Below, one piece after another: positions 31,953 to 40,865 of a stretch of DNA of 64,000 nucleotides. Each line of letters opens with the position of its first letter. The stretch's first letter is position 1. Position numbers and translations under genes: made by a program. The stretch is taken from the NCBI GenBank assembly GCA_020721905.1, contig DYLU01000006.1, positions 918 through 64,917 on the forward strand, in the 5' to 3' direction. The stretch comes from Leptospira biflexa (lineage in GTDB: Bacteria; Spirochaetota; UBA4802; UB4802). The notes under the pieces were generated by a model. The model searched no databases. It worked only from the letters and a program-made list of their open reading frames with translations, and was not told the origin of the DNA.

Positions 31953-32306
31953 TTACTCTTTTATGCTCACGTGTACAAAATCAGGATATTGTTCTTGTAT
32001 CTCATGTATTCCAAGGATAAAAACGCTTACCAGGCTTTCACAACGAATCTTCTTGTCATCATTAAGGCTATCAATATTGACAGAAAATTCCAGTAATCCT
32101 TCCTGTTGCCTTATACTATGAGCTATCTCATAATGTTCCAGAGCTAAAGCAACTGATTGTGATAATGCCGAAACACCCGCACACACTATATCATTGCCTT
32201 TGGTTGCCTGCCCTGAATGACCTGATATACTGACAGCAAAAACAGAACCCGACATGCATAATTGGTTGTTTTTAACGTCTATCCCCTGTACTGTGATAGT
32301 GATCAC
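31953..32306 (-). CDS. prp: Ribosomal-processing cysteine protease Prp (YsxB/DUF464 family)
   Basis: 117 aa between rplU and rpmA. Conserved catalytic dyad context SGHSG…GNDIVCAGVSAL. Confidence 0.8.
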   Translation of the reverse strand: MITITVQGIDVKNNQLCMSGSVFAVSISGHSGQATKGNDIVCAGVSALSQSVALALEHYEIAHSIRQQEGLLEFSVNIDSLNDDKKIRCESLVSVFILGIHEIQEQYPDFVHVSIKE

Positions 32307-32620
32307 TATTTAACTGACATATCAACAATCGTAATACTGGTATACGGCTGCTTGTGCCCTAACGTTCTGGAATAATTTTTACGCTTCTTAAATTTCATAC
32401 CACGAACTTTCCTGTCACGAACCACTCCGCCAACTTTGGCTTTAACTTCTACATTTGACAAATATGGCTGACCAACTAAAACCCTGTCACCATCAACAAG
32501 CATCATTACTTTATCAATAGCTATTGTTTCATCATCCTTTGCTTCAAGCAGGGGGGCAGCTATAGTTTTATCCTTTTCCACTTTATATTGCTTTCCAGCT
32601 ATTTCAACTATTGCGTACAT
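32306..32620 (-). CDS. rplU: 50S ribosomal protein L21
   Basis: MYAIVEIAGKQYKVEKDKTI… Start at the ATG at 32620 with RBS GGGAGA. The track ORF's 5' extension is unlikely. Confidence 0.9.
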   Translation of the reverse strand: MYAIVEIAGKQYKVEKDKTIAAPLLEAKDDETIAIDKVMMLVDGDRVLVGQPYLSNVEVKAKVGGVVRDRKVRGMKFKKRKNYSRTLGHKQPYTSITIVDMSVK

Positions 32621-32663
32621 ACATTTCTCCCGGATTTTTGAAATTGCATTACATAATAACAAT

Positions 32664-32679
32664 GGGAGGACATCCTCCC
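32664..32679 (-). other. GC-rich hairpin between the tRNA and rplU (possible partial terminator or processing site)
   Basis: GGGAGG-ACAT-CCTCCC, followed on the minus strand by AUUGUUAUUAUGU. Only 44 nt separate it from the rplU start, so read-through into rplU is likely. Confidence 0.3.
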
Positions 32680-32684
32680 TGTAT

Positions 32685-32758
32685 TGGGCCCACAGGGATT
32701 CGAACCCCGGACCTACTGATTATGAGTCAGCCGCTCTAACCTGCTGAGCTATGGGCCC
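32685..32758 (-). tRNA. tRNA with CAU anticodon (elongator Met or lysidine-modified Ile2; not initiator-like)
   Basis: Revcomp reads GGGCCCATAGCTCAGCAGGTTAGAGCGGCTGACTCATAATCAGTAGGTCCGGGGTTCGAATCCCTGTGGGCCCA. 7-bp acceptor stem with a paired 1:72, D-loop AGCAGGTTA, anticodon loop CUCAUAA, T-loop GGTTCGAATCC. 74 nt; no CCA encoded. Confidence 0.85.
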
Positions 32759-32772
32759 CTGTGAAATGACAA

Positions 32773-32802
32773 AATAATAATAACAGCATTATTATGTCAA
32801 TA
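32773..32802 (-). promoter_or_regulatory. Candidate sigma-70 promoter for the tRNA (and possibly the downstream ribosomal operon)
   Basis: Perfect -35 TTGACA (forward 32797-32802 as tgtcaa) followed by an AT-rich -10 candidate (TTATTT/TATTTT) 17-18 nt downstream, about 12 nt before the tRNA 5' end. Confidence 0.35.
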
Positions 32803-32955
32803 AAATTAAACAGTATAACAATATATTTTTGTAATAATATTCACAAACTATTGTTTAATACAATATAATATAACCAATCAATTTTTTCTAAAATTTTGTT
32901 GTATAAGACCTTGAAACCTAACAAAATACGGTGGTTGTAAAGAAGGTTCACTTAT

Positions 32956-33528
32956 TTAATTCCTGGCAACATAGGGACTTGATGATTTTTCAGTTCCAAA
33001 ATAAAACTGTTTTTCATTAATTTCAATTGCGTCATTATATGCCTCAACAATACCAACTACATGAACGAGCGCTCCAACAACAAACAACAATCCTGATAGT
33101 ATAAGCCGGGATTTTTTTTCGGTTGATGAATCTGTTTTAACCAGTGCTACATAGAGGTAATATGCAGAAACTGAATATGCAGTAGCCGTTAGCAGGCAAA
33201 ACCCTGCCGCTTTGAGGTCATTGCGCAGATAAACATGCCCTCCTCCAGGGATTATTAATGACAATAGACATGCCAGCCGCGGATCCCGTTGCATGGCAGG
33301 TGATTCTTCCCTGCGCTCCTGTGCTTTTTTAGAAAATTCATCCTGATAGGGAACATCTTTATATTTTTTACCAGCATCAGATTCTATTGTTTGTGCCATC
33401 AAGGGGTAACCAATAAAATTTACAGATAATGTCATAACTAAAAATATTGCAATGAACTTAAGACAGCTTATGATTCCCTTATCCTTCTTGTATGCCATAA
33501 CCAATATCCCTTTTTTATTATTATACAA
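32956..33528 (-). CDS. Hypothetical integral membrane protein
   Basis: 190 aa with several hydrophobic helices (IAIFLVMTLSVNFIGY…, LLFVVGALVHVVGIV). No motif recognised. Confidence 0.4.
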   Translation of the reverse strand: MYNNKKGILVMAYKKDKGIISCLKFIAIFLVMTLSVNFIGYPLMAQTIESDAGKKYKDVPYQDEFSKKAQERREESPAMQRDPRLACLLSLIIPGGGHVYLRNDLKAAGFCLLTATAYSVSAYYLYVALVKTDSSTEKKSRLILSGLLFVVGALVHVVGIVEAYNDAIEINEKQFYFGTEKSSSPYVARN

Positions 33529-33608
33529 TTACATATAGCCAGATAGTCCCAAAAGATGCTTTATTATAGTTACATATAATAAAAAAAGTCAACTATTATT
33601 CCTGTTAT

Positions 33609-34697
33609 TTATTCGTTATCAGAAAGCAGAACCGTTGTTCTGTTTCGGCCCTGCTGCTTGGAAACATATAATGCCTTATCAGCACGTTCAATAATATTCT
33701 TTGTTGATATATCGATAGCAGGATTGAACTGTGTTATACCCAGTGAAACAGTAATACTTAACTTTTTTCTTTTAAACAGTATATATGACTTTTGAACTGA
33801 TATACGAACACGTTCTGCCACTTTAAACGCCTCATTAATATCAGTATGGGGGAGTATAACGGCAAATTCTTCGCCACCATAGCGTGCTGCAATGTCACTT
33901 TGCCTTACGGAATTGGACATAACAGACGCAACATTTTTCAATACCATATCACCACAGCTATGACCATACGTATCATTGAAATTTTTAAAATGGTCAATAT
34001 CCATCATTATGAGTGATAGAGGCAAACTGCTTTTTAACGATTTTTCACGTTCTTCCATTAAAGCTGTCTGAAAATAATGATGAATTTTAAGCTTTGTCAT
34101 CATATCGGTTGTTGCCAGCTCATACAGGTAAGCATTTTGAATGGCAATCCCGGCCAGCGAGGCTATGTTTAACATATACTCCTTATCAGATTCGCTGAAG
34201 CCTTTCTGGTTTATCCGCTCAGCCAGGACAATTATCCCATTGAAAGTACCCTTACCCTTTAGCGGGACAATCAATGATGGATCCAATCTGATTAAATTTT
34301 CCAGTGATGGCTCATCCGGCAGAAGCTCTTTTAATTCATCTAAGGTATAGCAGCGGAAATTAGCATCCAGAAACTGAATGAGCTTGGAATTTGTGGGAAT
34401 TAAATATTCATTTTTATGGTCTATTTCAAAGCCTTTGTAATTCCTGTGCAATACAAATTCCTGCCGGTCAATACTTCGGTGTGTAAAAATGCCAGCCTTT
34501 AAAAGCTGCATTTGACCCATGCAGGTTAATAGAATTGAATCAATAAGAACATTATAATCCAGCGTTGAATTTAATCCCTTGCTAATTTCAATCAACTGCT
34601 TTAAATCATAAATCTTCCGCTCATATTGTTCAATTTCAACCGGGAATTTTATATCTTCATCATATAATGACATGTCATCATTCATGTGTTTCACCAT
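33609..34697 (-). CDS. GAF-domain diguanylate cyclase (GGDEF, with I-site)
   Basis: 362 aa. C-terminal GGDEF domain with RQSDIAARYGGEEF (an RxxD I-site five residues before GGEEF). The N-terminal ~180 aa is GAF-like. Zero-gap junction with hisA. Confidence 0.85.
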   Translation of the reverse strand: MVKHMNDDMSLYDEDIKFPVEIEQYERKIYDLKQLIEISKGLNSTLDYNVLIDSILLTCMGQMQLLKAGIFTHRSIDRQEFVLHRNYKGFEIDHKNEYLIPTNSKLIQFLDANFRCYTLDELKELLPDEPSLENLIRLDPSLIVPLKGKGTFNGIIVLAERINQKGFSESDKEYMLNIASLAGIAIQNAYLYELATTDMMTKLKIHHYFQTALMEEREKSLKSSLPLSLIMMDIDHFKNFNDTYGHSCGDMVLKNVASVMSNSVRQSDIAARYGGEEFAVILPHTDINEAFKVAERVRISVQKSYILFKRKKLSITVSLGITQFNPAIDISTKNIIERADKALYVSKQQGRNRTTVLLSDNE

Positions 34698-35417
34698 TCA
34701 CTTACACAATGATATAGCATTGCGCAAATTTATCCTTCCGTCATATATAGCCTTTCCAACAATACAACCTTTTAATCCGCGATTTCCATATTTTTTTAAC
34801 TTTTCCAGATCTTCAACAGCTGAAACACCACCAGAAGCAATAAGAGCTATGCCAGGAACTTCAGATAAAATTTTCTCTATGGACGTATAATTTGGCCCCT
34901 GCAGCATCCCGTCAGTTGCTATATCTGTATAAATGATCTCAGAGATGCCAATGCTTTGAAGTTCCTTTATACATTTGATTGCATCCATGTCAATTATTTT
35001 TTTCCAGCCATGAGTGGCAATTTTTAAATCTTTAGCATCAACACCAGCAATAATATATTCCTTAAATCGCTCCGCTATCTCCCTGAAGGTATCTTCCATT
35101 AACACTGTCCCCATAATAATCCGTTCAATTCCTTCATCCAGATACATCTTTATTGCAGTTTCAGTTCTGATTCCACCTCCTATTTCAATGGGAATTGAAA
35201 CCGCTCTTGCTATCTTCTTTACTATATGCATATTGACAGGCTGTCCCTCAAAAGCACCATCCAGATCAACTACATGAATTAATCTTGCCCCTGCTTCTTC
35301 AAACTGCTGCGCAATACCTTCGGGATCATATGAATAGACTGTTTCCTGCAAAGGGTCTCCCTGCACCAGTCGAACACATTTACCTTCTTTTAAATCAATA
35401 GCTGGTATTACGAGCAT
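34698..35417 (-). CDS. hisA: ProFAR isomerase HisA (1-(5-phosphoribosyl)-5-[(5-phosphoribosylamino)methylideneamino]imidazole-4-carboxamide isomerase)
   Basis: MLVIPAIDLKEGKCVRLVQGD… (beta/alpha)8 barrel signature with a C-terminal GGV…GKA motif. Confidence 0.9.
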   Translation of the reverse strand: MLVIPAIDLKEGKCVRLVQGDPLQETVYSYDPEGIAQQFEEAGARLIHVVDLDGAFEGQPVNMHIVKKIARAVSIPIEIGGGIRTETAIKMYLDEGIERIIMGTVLMEDTFREIAERFKEYIIAGVDAKDLKIATHGWKKIIDMDAIKCIKELQSIGISEIIYTDIATDGMLQGPNYTSIEKILSEVPGIALIASGGVSAVEDLEKLKKYGNRGLKGCIVGKAIYDGRINLRNAISLCK

Positions 35418-36016
35418 GCCAACCTCACAAAATTTTCTATCATGCGCAATCCATATTTATGACTCTTTTCAGGATGGAATTGTGTTGCCAGCACATTACC
35501 TTTTCCAACAATACTGGCAAACTCCACTGAATATTGTGTCTGACCTATTATCCACGAGCTATCAAGCACAACCGGATAATATGTGTGAATAAAATAAAAG
35601 TAACTATGTTGAGGAATACCGTCAACAACAGGGTGATGCTGTCTGAAAACAACCTGATTCCATCCCATATGCGGTACTTTTAAATCAGCAGTAAATCGTA
35701 CCACATTGCCAGGTATTATGTCAAGTCCCTTATGGTAGCCAAATTCTTCACTATTGGTGAACAAAAGCTGATATCCCAGACATATTCCAAAAAAATATCC
35801 TCCACGCCGTATAAAATCAACGAGCGGCTCAACCCACCCCAGTGTAGTTAAATTTTCCATTGCATGCCCAAATGCACCGTCACCAGGCATTATCAGTGCT
35901 TTAGAGGTAGCAATACTGCCAGGGTCAGAGCTTATGCGGACATTGCTGGTATATTTTTCAACTGCCTTAACAACTGAACGCAGGTTCCCCATGCCATAAT
36001 CAATAACTGTAATCAT
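35408..36016 (-). CDS. hisH: Imidazole glycerol phosphate synthase glutaminase subunit HisH
   Basis: MITVIDYGMGNLRSV…GICLGYQ…FHPEKS, the class I GATase triad. Confidence 0.9.
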   Translation of the reverse strand: MITVIDYGMGNLRSVVKAVEKYTSNVRISSDPGSIATSKALIMPGDGAFGHAMENLTTLGWVEPLVDFIRRGGYFFGICLGYQLLFTNSEEFGYHKGLDIIPGNVVRFTADLKVPHMGWNQVVFRQHHPVVDGIPQHSYFYFIHTYYPVVLDSSWIIGQTQYSVEFASIVGKGNVLATQFHPEKSHKYGLRMIENFVRLACS

Positions 36017-36597
36017 AAGACTCCTTTTGTGGAAGGGATGCCAGTGCCGTCACCTATTGTATATGCCCGGTAAAGTGCTATGCCCGCAGCTTTGAATATT
36101 GACTCATGAATATGGTGTCTGTTGTCGCCGTATAATTGCTGAATATGGATGGTAACCTGTGCATTGTATGCAAATGCTTTGAAAAATTCCAGTGTCAGCT
36201 CCTCACTGTAAGTCTGTATCAAACCATTTAACGTATCACCTCTGTATACAAAATACCCTCGTCCCGATATATCAACAATTACACTGCTGCATGCTTCATC
36301 CATAGGTACTATCGCATGACCAAACCTTACAATTCCCTGCTTATCCCCCAGGGCTTTCTGTATTGCCTTCCCCAGGCAAATTCCTGTATCTTCAATTGTA
36401 TGATGAGCATCAACATCTAAATCACCCTTTGCATCCAGCTGAATACTCATCCTTCCATGAGTTGCAAAAAGTGTTAACATATGGTTAAAAAAACCAACGC
36501 CGGTTTGTATATCGCAGGGCTTTAAGCTATCAAGAAAAAGTTTTACGGTTATATCAGTTTCTCTGGTTTTGCGCTCAATATGTGCAGACCGTTCCAT
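36013..36597 (-). CDS. hisB: Imidazoleglycerol-phosphate dehydratase HisB
   Basis: 194 aa. RKTRETDI…, and the metal-binding His clusters HHTIED / HHIHES. Confidence 0.9.
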   Translation of the reverse strand: MERSAHIERKTRETDITVKLFLDSLKPCDIQTGVGFFNHMLTLFATHGRMSIQLDAKGDLDVDAHHTIEDTGICLGKAIQKALGDKQGIVRFGHAIVPMDEACSSVIVDISGRGYFVYRGDTLNGLIQTYSEELTLEFFKAFAYNAQVTIHIQQLYGDNRHHIHESIFKAAGIALYRAYTIGDGTGIPSTKGVL

Positions 36598-36615
36598 TGT
36601 TATATTCTCCTGTAT

Positions 36616-39480
36616 TTAAAACTCATATCCCAGACTGAAAACAATTTCTTTGTGACCAAATCCTGAATAATAATACGGCCAGGCATAGTCAAGCTTTAAA
36701 ATAACTATGGGATACAGCGTAAGACGGAACCCAAAACCCATATCCATTTTGAAGTCCTGAAATTCTCCCGTATCCTTATTCATAAAAGTATAGTTATTAT
36801 CCCACGCTGAACCGGCATCAACAAATAAAACGCCACCAATATTACCAATTTTTAAAAACAATGGCCATCCCATTTGTATTGATTCAATGAAAGTAAATCT
36901 GAATTCAGCATTAAACAGGAAAACATTGGTACCACCATATTCTATAAACGGATGCCCCCGCAGGGTATTAAATCCACCAATATAGTACTTGAAATATTCT
37001 TTCTTTTCGCCCATTATTTTCCCTCCAATTCCTCTGAATGCAAGCACATACTGTTTGTCCAGGAAGAAATAGTGCCGTACATCAATATCAATACTGCTGA
37101 AGGAATAATCCTGGCCTGTGAGATTAACAACCTGGGTAAACAGTATCTGCCCGCGTGTACCTCGTAGGGGAGCCAGAAAACCCCACAATACATTATCGTA
37201 GTTATATGATACCGAAACTGAATTTAAATTGGCAAAAACATCCGGACGCTGATCCAGGTAGCTGTAATCACGTTCATAGCGACTTGACGAAACACGCGTG
37301 CTGAACCGGGAAAACCTGGTGAATGGATAGCTTGCAATGGCATACACCCCATAATGGTCCATTGACAGAGTGGACCAGTAGGCATTGTGAATAAGATCAT
37401 TGATACTTGCCAGGGTAAATATGCCAAAAGGGTTTTTTTGCCTGAAAAAGCCCAATGAATAATCCCAGCGATAGCGCAGATAAAGGTACTGCACATCCCA
37501 GTTTAAATAATTAGCACTGCTGCCATAGCGCAGATAATCTGTAGTAACCACAATGCGGTTGTCACCTAAATAATCACTGAAACTCATCTGCGCAAAACCA
37601 GCAAAACCATATCCCACAGTGCCACCAAGCCCAAAAAACACCCAGTCGGGCGATACAGTCGTTGCGTAATTGTCCCATATAGCCTGTGACAACGGAAAAT
37701 AGCTTTGGGACAGCATAACGGGTATATGCTCAGTTTTAAAAGGGGGAGCGATAGTTACCGGCACAATGTTTTCTTTTATGAAAATATCATATCCACCATT
37801 CTGATATGATACAAATGCAATCTTGTTTGCATCAGGAAATATGCGTGGATAAAATATACCGGTTGACGCATTGGTTATCTTTGTTTCCGTTGATGTGGAT
37901 ATATCATACCGATAAACATTGTATATTCCTTCCCTGTTTGAAATATATACTATGCTATTCCCATCCCCGGCAACATCAACCTGTAAATTTTTTGACTGTG
38001 GTTGTATAATAATTTCGCGGGCATTTGTTGCAAGTGTATGTTTAATGATGGCATACTGCTGGCTGGTATAATCCCCTGCAGGGTAATTGGATGAATAAAA
38101 GATGACGGTATTGTCGGCAGACAGTTTTGGATATCGCTTGCTATATATATCCCGTGTTACCTGTTTTAATGATTTATCGAGCAATGAATAGATATAAACA
38201 TCACTCTGTATATTTGTTTGCCCAATGAAACATATAAACTTTCCATCAGGTGACAGCGCAGGATCCTTTATTGATCTGAAGGGCAACACAATTTCATTCA
38301 AAATTTTTCCATTACCGGCATCAATAATGAATATAACATCCCTGTTTCGTGACTGCGATACAAATACAATACCTTTACCATCAGGTGTCCATGACAGATA
38401 GTTATCAAGCAAATGCATCCCTTCAAATTCAGATGTTTCATTGCCCGTAAGTATAACACGCGCTTTTTGTTCAGCCTCCTTTTGGCCAATAGTTATTATT
38501 GAAATTGATGAATAGATATCCCTGTTGTCAATATAGGCAATTTTTTTTCCATCGGGTGAGATGGCGGGGCAGGTATTAAAAATTGATCGCGTTTTCTGAT
38601 GGTTGGTTATCCGCTGGCCTTCCTCTTCATCAAAATTTCTTCCTGCTATGACGGGATAAAAGCGCTTTTTATAAAAATGTTTAAATTCAGTATCAATTTC
38701 TTCAAGGTTTTTCTTTGTGTGTACCTTCAATGCTTCTTCAAAGTCATCCAGATCACGTATATCCCGCAAAAATTCCCCAATTTTACCTTTTCCATACACT
38801 GTCTCAAAGAAATAAAAAAAAGCCTGACCAACCTTATAGTAGTAATACATATTGCCGGTTTTATATGTTGTGAAATCCATTAAACTAATATACTGATCAT
38901 TTAAAAAGAAATCACGCATGGTCATGTCTGCAGTTTCATCAAAACCAATCGATAAATACTCTGACATGCCTTCAGTAAACCATAAAGGAACGGACCCCAT
39001 ACTCATCATTGATTGTATTTTACCGGAACTATCGCGCATAAGAATGTTAAACTGAAATGCATGAACCAACTCATGAACAAGGACATGTTGAAATTCATCA
39101 TACGAACCGTTAAAAGGCACAACCACTCTGTTTTTAAAAGCTTCAGTAAATCCTCCTGTACCCTCACCAATAATTTGCAGAAGAATATTATTTTCCTGAA
39201 AATCAATATGTGAGGGGAAAACAATGATTGGCACCGGATCATTGAGTTCATGCTGCAATGCGTCAGCTATATGGACATAAGCCTTTTCAGCTATAACAGC
39301 AGTTTTTGTAGCAAGCTGCTCCATCCCATAGGGATAATACACATTACAATGGATTGTCTTTACTATATGCCATCTAAATGTTTCAATGGTAACCTTATTT
39401 TTTCCAAAAGGGTAAATAAGTAATGGCATAGCTACAGATGCCAGAATAATCAAAATTATATATATCCTTTTTTTTGTCAT
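36616..39480 (-). CDS. Chimeric outer-membrane protein: signal peptide + HExxH Zn-peptidase-like module + TolB-like beta-propeller repeats + Omp85/BamA-type C-terminal beta-barrel
   Basis: 954 aa. Signal/TM MTKKRIYIILIILASVAMPLLIY. HELVH at aa 136-140 (nt ~39061-39075). Repeated PD40/TolB-like motifs (ISPDGKKIAY, WTPDGKGIVF, ALSPDGKFICF). The C-terminal ~330 aa carries Bac_surface_Ag-like motifs (GGFNTLRGHPF…NAEFRF…GGVLFVDAGSAW…FGFGFRL…LKLDYAWP) and ends in an aromatic residue (…SLGYEF). Heads the operon 18 nt upstream of hisB. Confidence 0.6.
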   Translation of the reverse strand: MTKKRIYIILIILASVAMPLLIYPFGKNKVTIETFRWHIVKTIHCNVYYPYGMEQLATKTAVIAEKAYVHIADALQHELNDPVPIIVFPSHIDFQENNILLQIIGEGTGGFTEAFKNRVVVPFNGSYDEFQHVLVHELVHAFQFNILMRDSSGKIQSMMSMGSVPLWFTEGMSEYLSIGFDETADMTMRDFFLNDQYISLMDFTTYKTGNMYYYYKVGQAFFYFFETVYGKGKIGEFLRDIRDLDDFEEALKVHTKKNLEEIDTEFKHFYKKRFYPVIAGRNFDEEEGQRITNHQKTRSIFNTCPAISPDGKKIAYIDNRDIYSSISIITIGQKEAEQKARVILTGNETSEFEGMHLLDNYLSWTPDGKGIVFVSQSRNRDVIFIIDAGNGKILNEIVLPFRSIKDPALSPDGKFICFIGQTNIQSDVYIYSLLDKSLKQVTRDIYSKRYPKLSADNTVIFYSSNYPAGDYTSQQYAIIKHTLATNAREIIIQPQSKNLQVDVAGDGNSIVYISNREGIYNVYRYDISTSTETKITNASTGIFYPRIFPDANKIAFVSYQNGGYDIFIKENIVPVTIAPPFKTEHIPVMLSQSYFPLSQAIWDNYATTVSPDWVFFGLGGTVGYGFAGFAQMSFSDYLGDNRIVVTTDYLRYGSSANYLNWDVQYLYLRYRWDYSLGFFRQKNPFGIFTLASINDLIHNAYWSTLSMDHYGVYAIASYPFTRFSRFSTRVSSSRYERDYSYLDQRPDVFANLNSVSVSYNYDNVLWGFLAPLRGTRGQILFTQVVNLTGQDYSFSSIDIDVRHYFFLDKQYVLAFRGIGGKIMGEKKEYFKYYIGGFNTLRGHPFIEYGGTNVFLFNAEFRFTFIESIQMGWPLFLKIGNIGGVLFVDAGSAWDNNYTFMNKDTGEFQDFKMDMGFGFRLTLYPIVILKLDYAWPYYYSGFGHKEIVFSLGYEF

Positions 39481-39791
39481 GAGAATACAATTAAAATATT
39501 CACTTAAAAATAGAATGTAACAGATAATACAGATACATTAGCAAGTAAAATTTTTGTTGCCAATATATATTCTTTGTGTATATTAGATTATAAGCCTGCG
39601 GTGTTCGTGTATGGTATGTCATATTGTAGTTCCAACACTACTGAGCACGGAATCTCTAATCTGCAGGTTGATATCATGCTTTGCCATAAAGTAGATAGAT
39701 ACCTGCATGCGGGAATCCACCTTTACAAAGGGAGCTCAAATATTCATACCACTACGGCACACGCGGGTTATTATAATATAGTGGCAAAAAT

Positions 39792-40832
39792 ATGGAAATA
39801 ATTACAGTATTTGGAGTTCGCTGGCGAGTTGCTCCCCTATGGGAGGTGGGATTAACAGTATTGGTAATCCTTTTAGTAATAGCATTTTTTGCATTGCTGA
39901 AATATAACCAATATCTCAAATTTAAAAAATCCAGCCTGGAGCAAATTTTTATCTATAAAGCCAGACAAAGAGGGCTTACCGGTTATCAGGTTAGCATACT
40001 GCAGCATATTGTTGCACTATCCAAACTGAGCTCACCAGAAATTATATTTATCAATAAAACTTTATTTGAAACAGGGTTAGTTAAATTTTTGCAATATATA
40101 GCCAAACTAAAAGAACCCCCCGAAGACTTTAAGGATATCTTCAATGATATAGTTATTACATATGAACGAATTTATAACCCTGTAGAATATCAGCAACCAC
40201 TTGATTCAATTGAGGATATATCTCTCGATACACTGGTTTGCGGATATAGCCAGACCGGCAGAGTATTTATAGCAAAAATTATGCTGATTGCAGAAGATGC
40301 AATCCATTGCAGGTATTTCAGAAAGCCGGGGCAACTTCCCGATGAAATAATAACTGAACCTGTATCAATATTCTTTTTCAGAAATGGTGATGCTGAATAT
40401 TCCTTTGAATCTGAGATTACAGCAATACAGGAAAACACAATAATATTAAAAAAACCTGAAGTTATAAAGCGGGGAAAAGAAGTCCACCATCCGTTTATAC
40501 AGACGCTTATACCCTGCAGTATTCAGAGGAAAAAAGAAGATAAAGAAGAGGAAGAAGCAATCATACACCATGATGACAATGAGCCAGTAAATGGGACTAT
40601 TGAACAGCTTAATGAATTTGAAGCAGTTGTGCGGGTTGAAACAACATTACAGTATCAAAATCAATATATCCTGTTTTTTACTCTGGAAAATTTTAAAATT
40701 GAGATAGAAAGCAGAATTTTAGCTTCACGGACTATTACAAAAGAAAAGATCATCTATTATACATTTAAATTTATTGAAATGTCTGAAGCTGCACAAAATG
40801 TTATTACAAAATATGTCAAAGAGCGGCTGTGA
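39792..40832 (+). CDS. Hypothetical membrane-anchored protein
   Basis: 346 aa with one N-terminal TM helix (VGLTVLVILLVIAFFALL). Transcribed divergently from the Omp85-fusion / his / GGDEF operon. Confidence 0.4.
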   Translation: MEIITVFGVRWRVAPLWEVGLTVLVILLVIAFFALLKYNQYLKFKKSSLEQIFIYKARQRGLTGYQVSILQHIVALSKLSSPEIIFINKTLFETGLVKFLQYIAKLKEPPEDFKDIFNDIVITYERIYNPVEYQQPLDSIEDISLDTLVCGYSQTGRVFIAKIMLIAEDAIHCRYFRKPGQLPDEIITEPVSIFFFRNGDAEYSFESEITAIQENTIILKKPEVIKRGKEVHHPFIQTLIPCSIQRKKEDKEEEEAIIHHDDNEPVNGTIEQLNEFEAVVRVETTLQYQNQYILFFTLENFKIEIESRILASRTITKEKIIYYTFKFIEMSEAAQNVITKYVKERL

Positions 40833-40865
40833 AAAAGCCGCTCTTTTACTATTACTACGTATAAA

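Noticed and set aside
39574-39801. 75-aa ORF in the divergent intergenic region
   Set aside because: No RBS, and odd composition. It overlaps the start of the 39792 gene. It more likely lies in the promoter region shared by the two divergent operons.
39792-40832. Calling the membrane protein divergent from the GGDEF operon a PilZ c-di-GMP receptor
   Set aside because: No clear RxxxR…(D/N)xSxxG motif pair is visible. The resemblance was only contextual.
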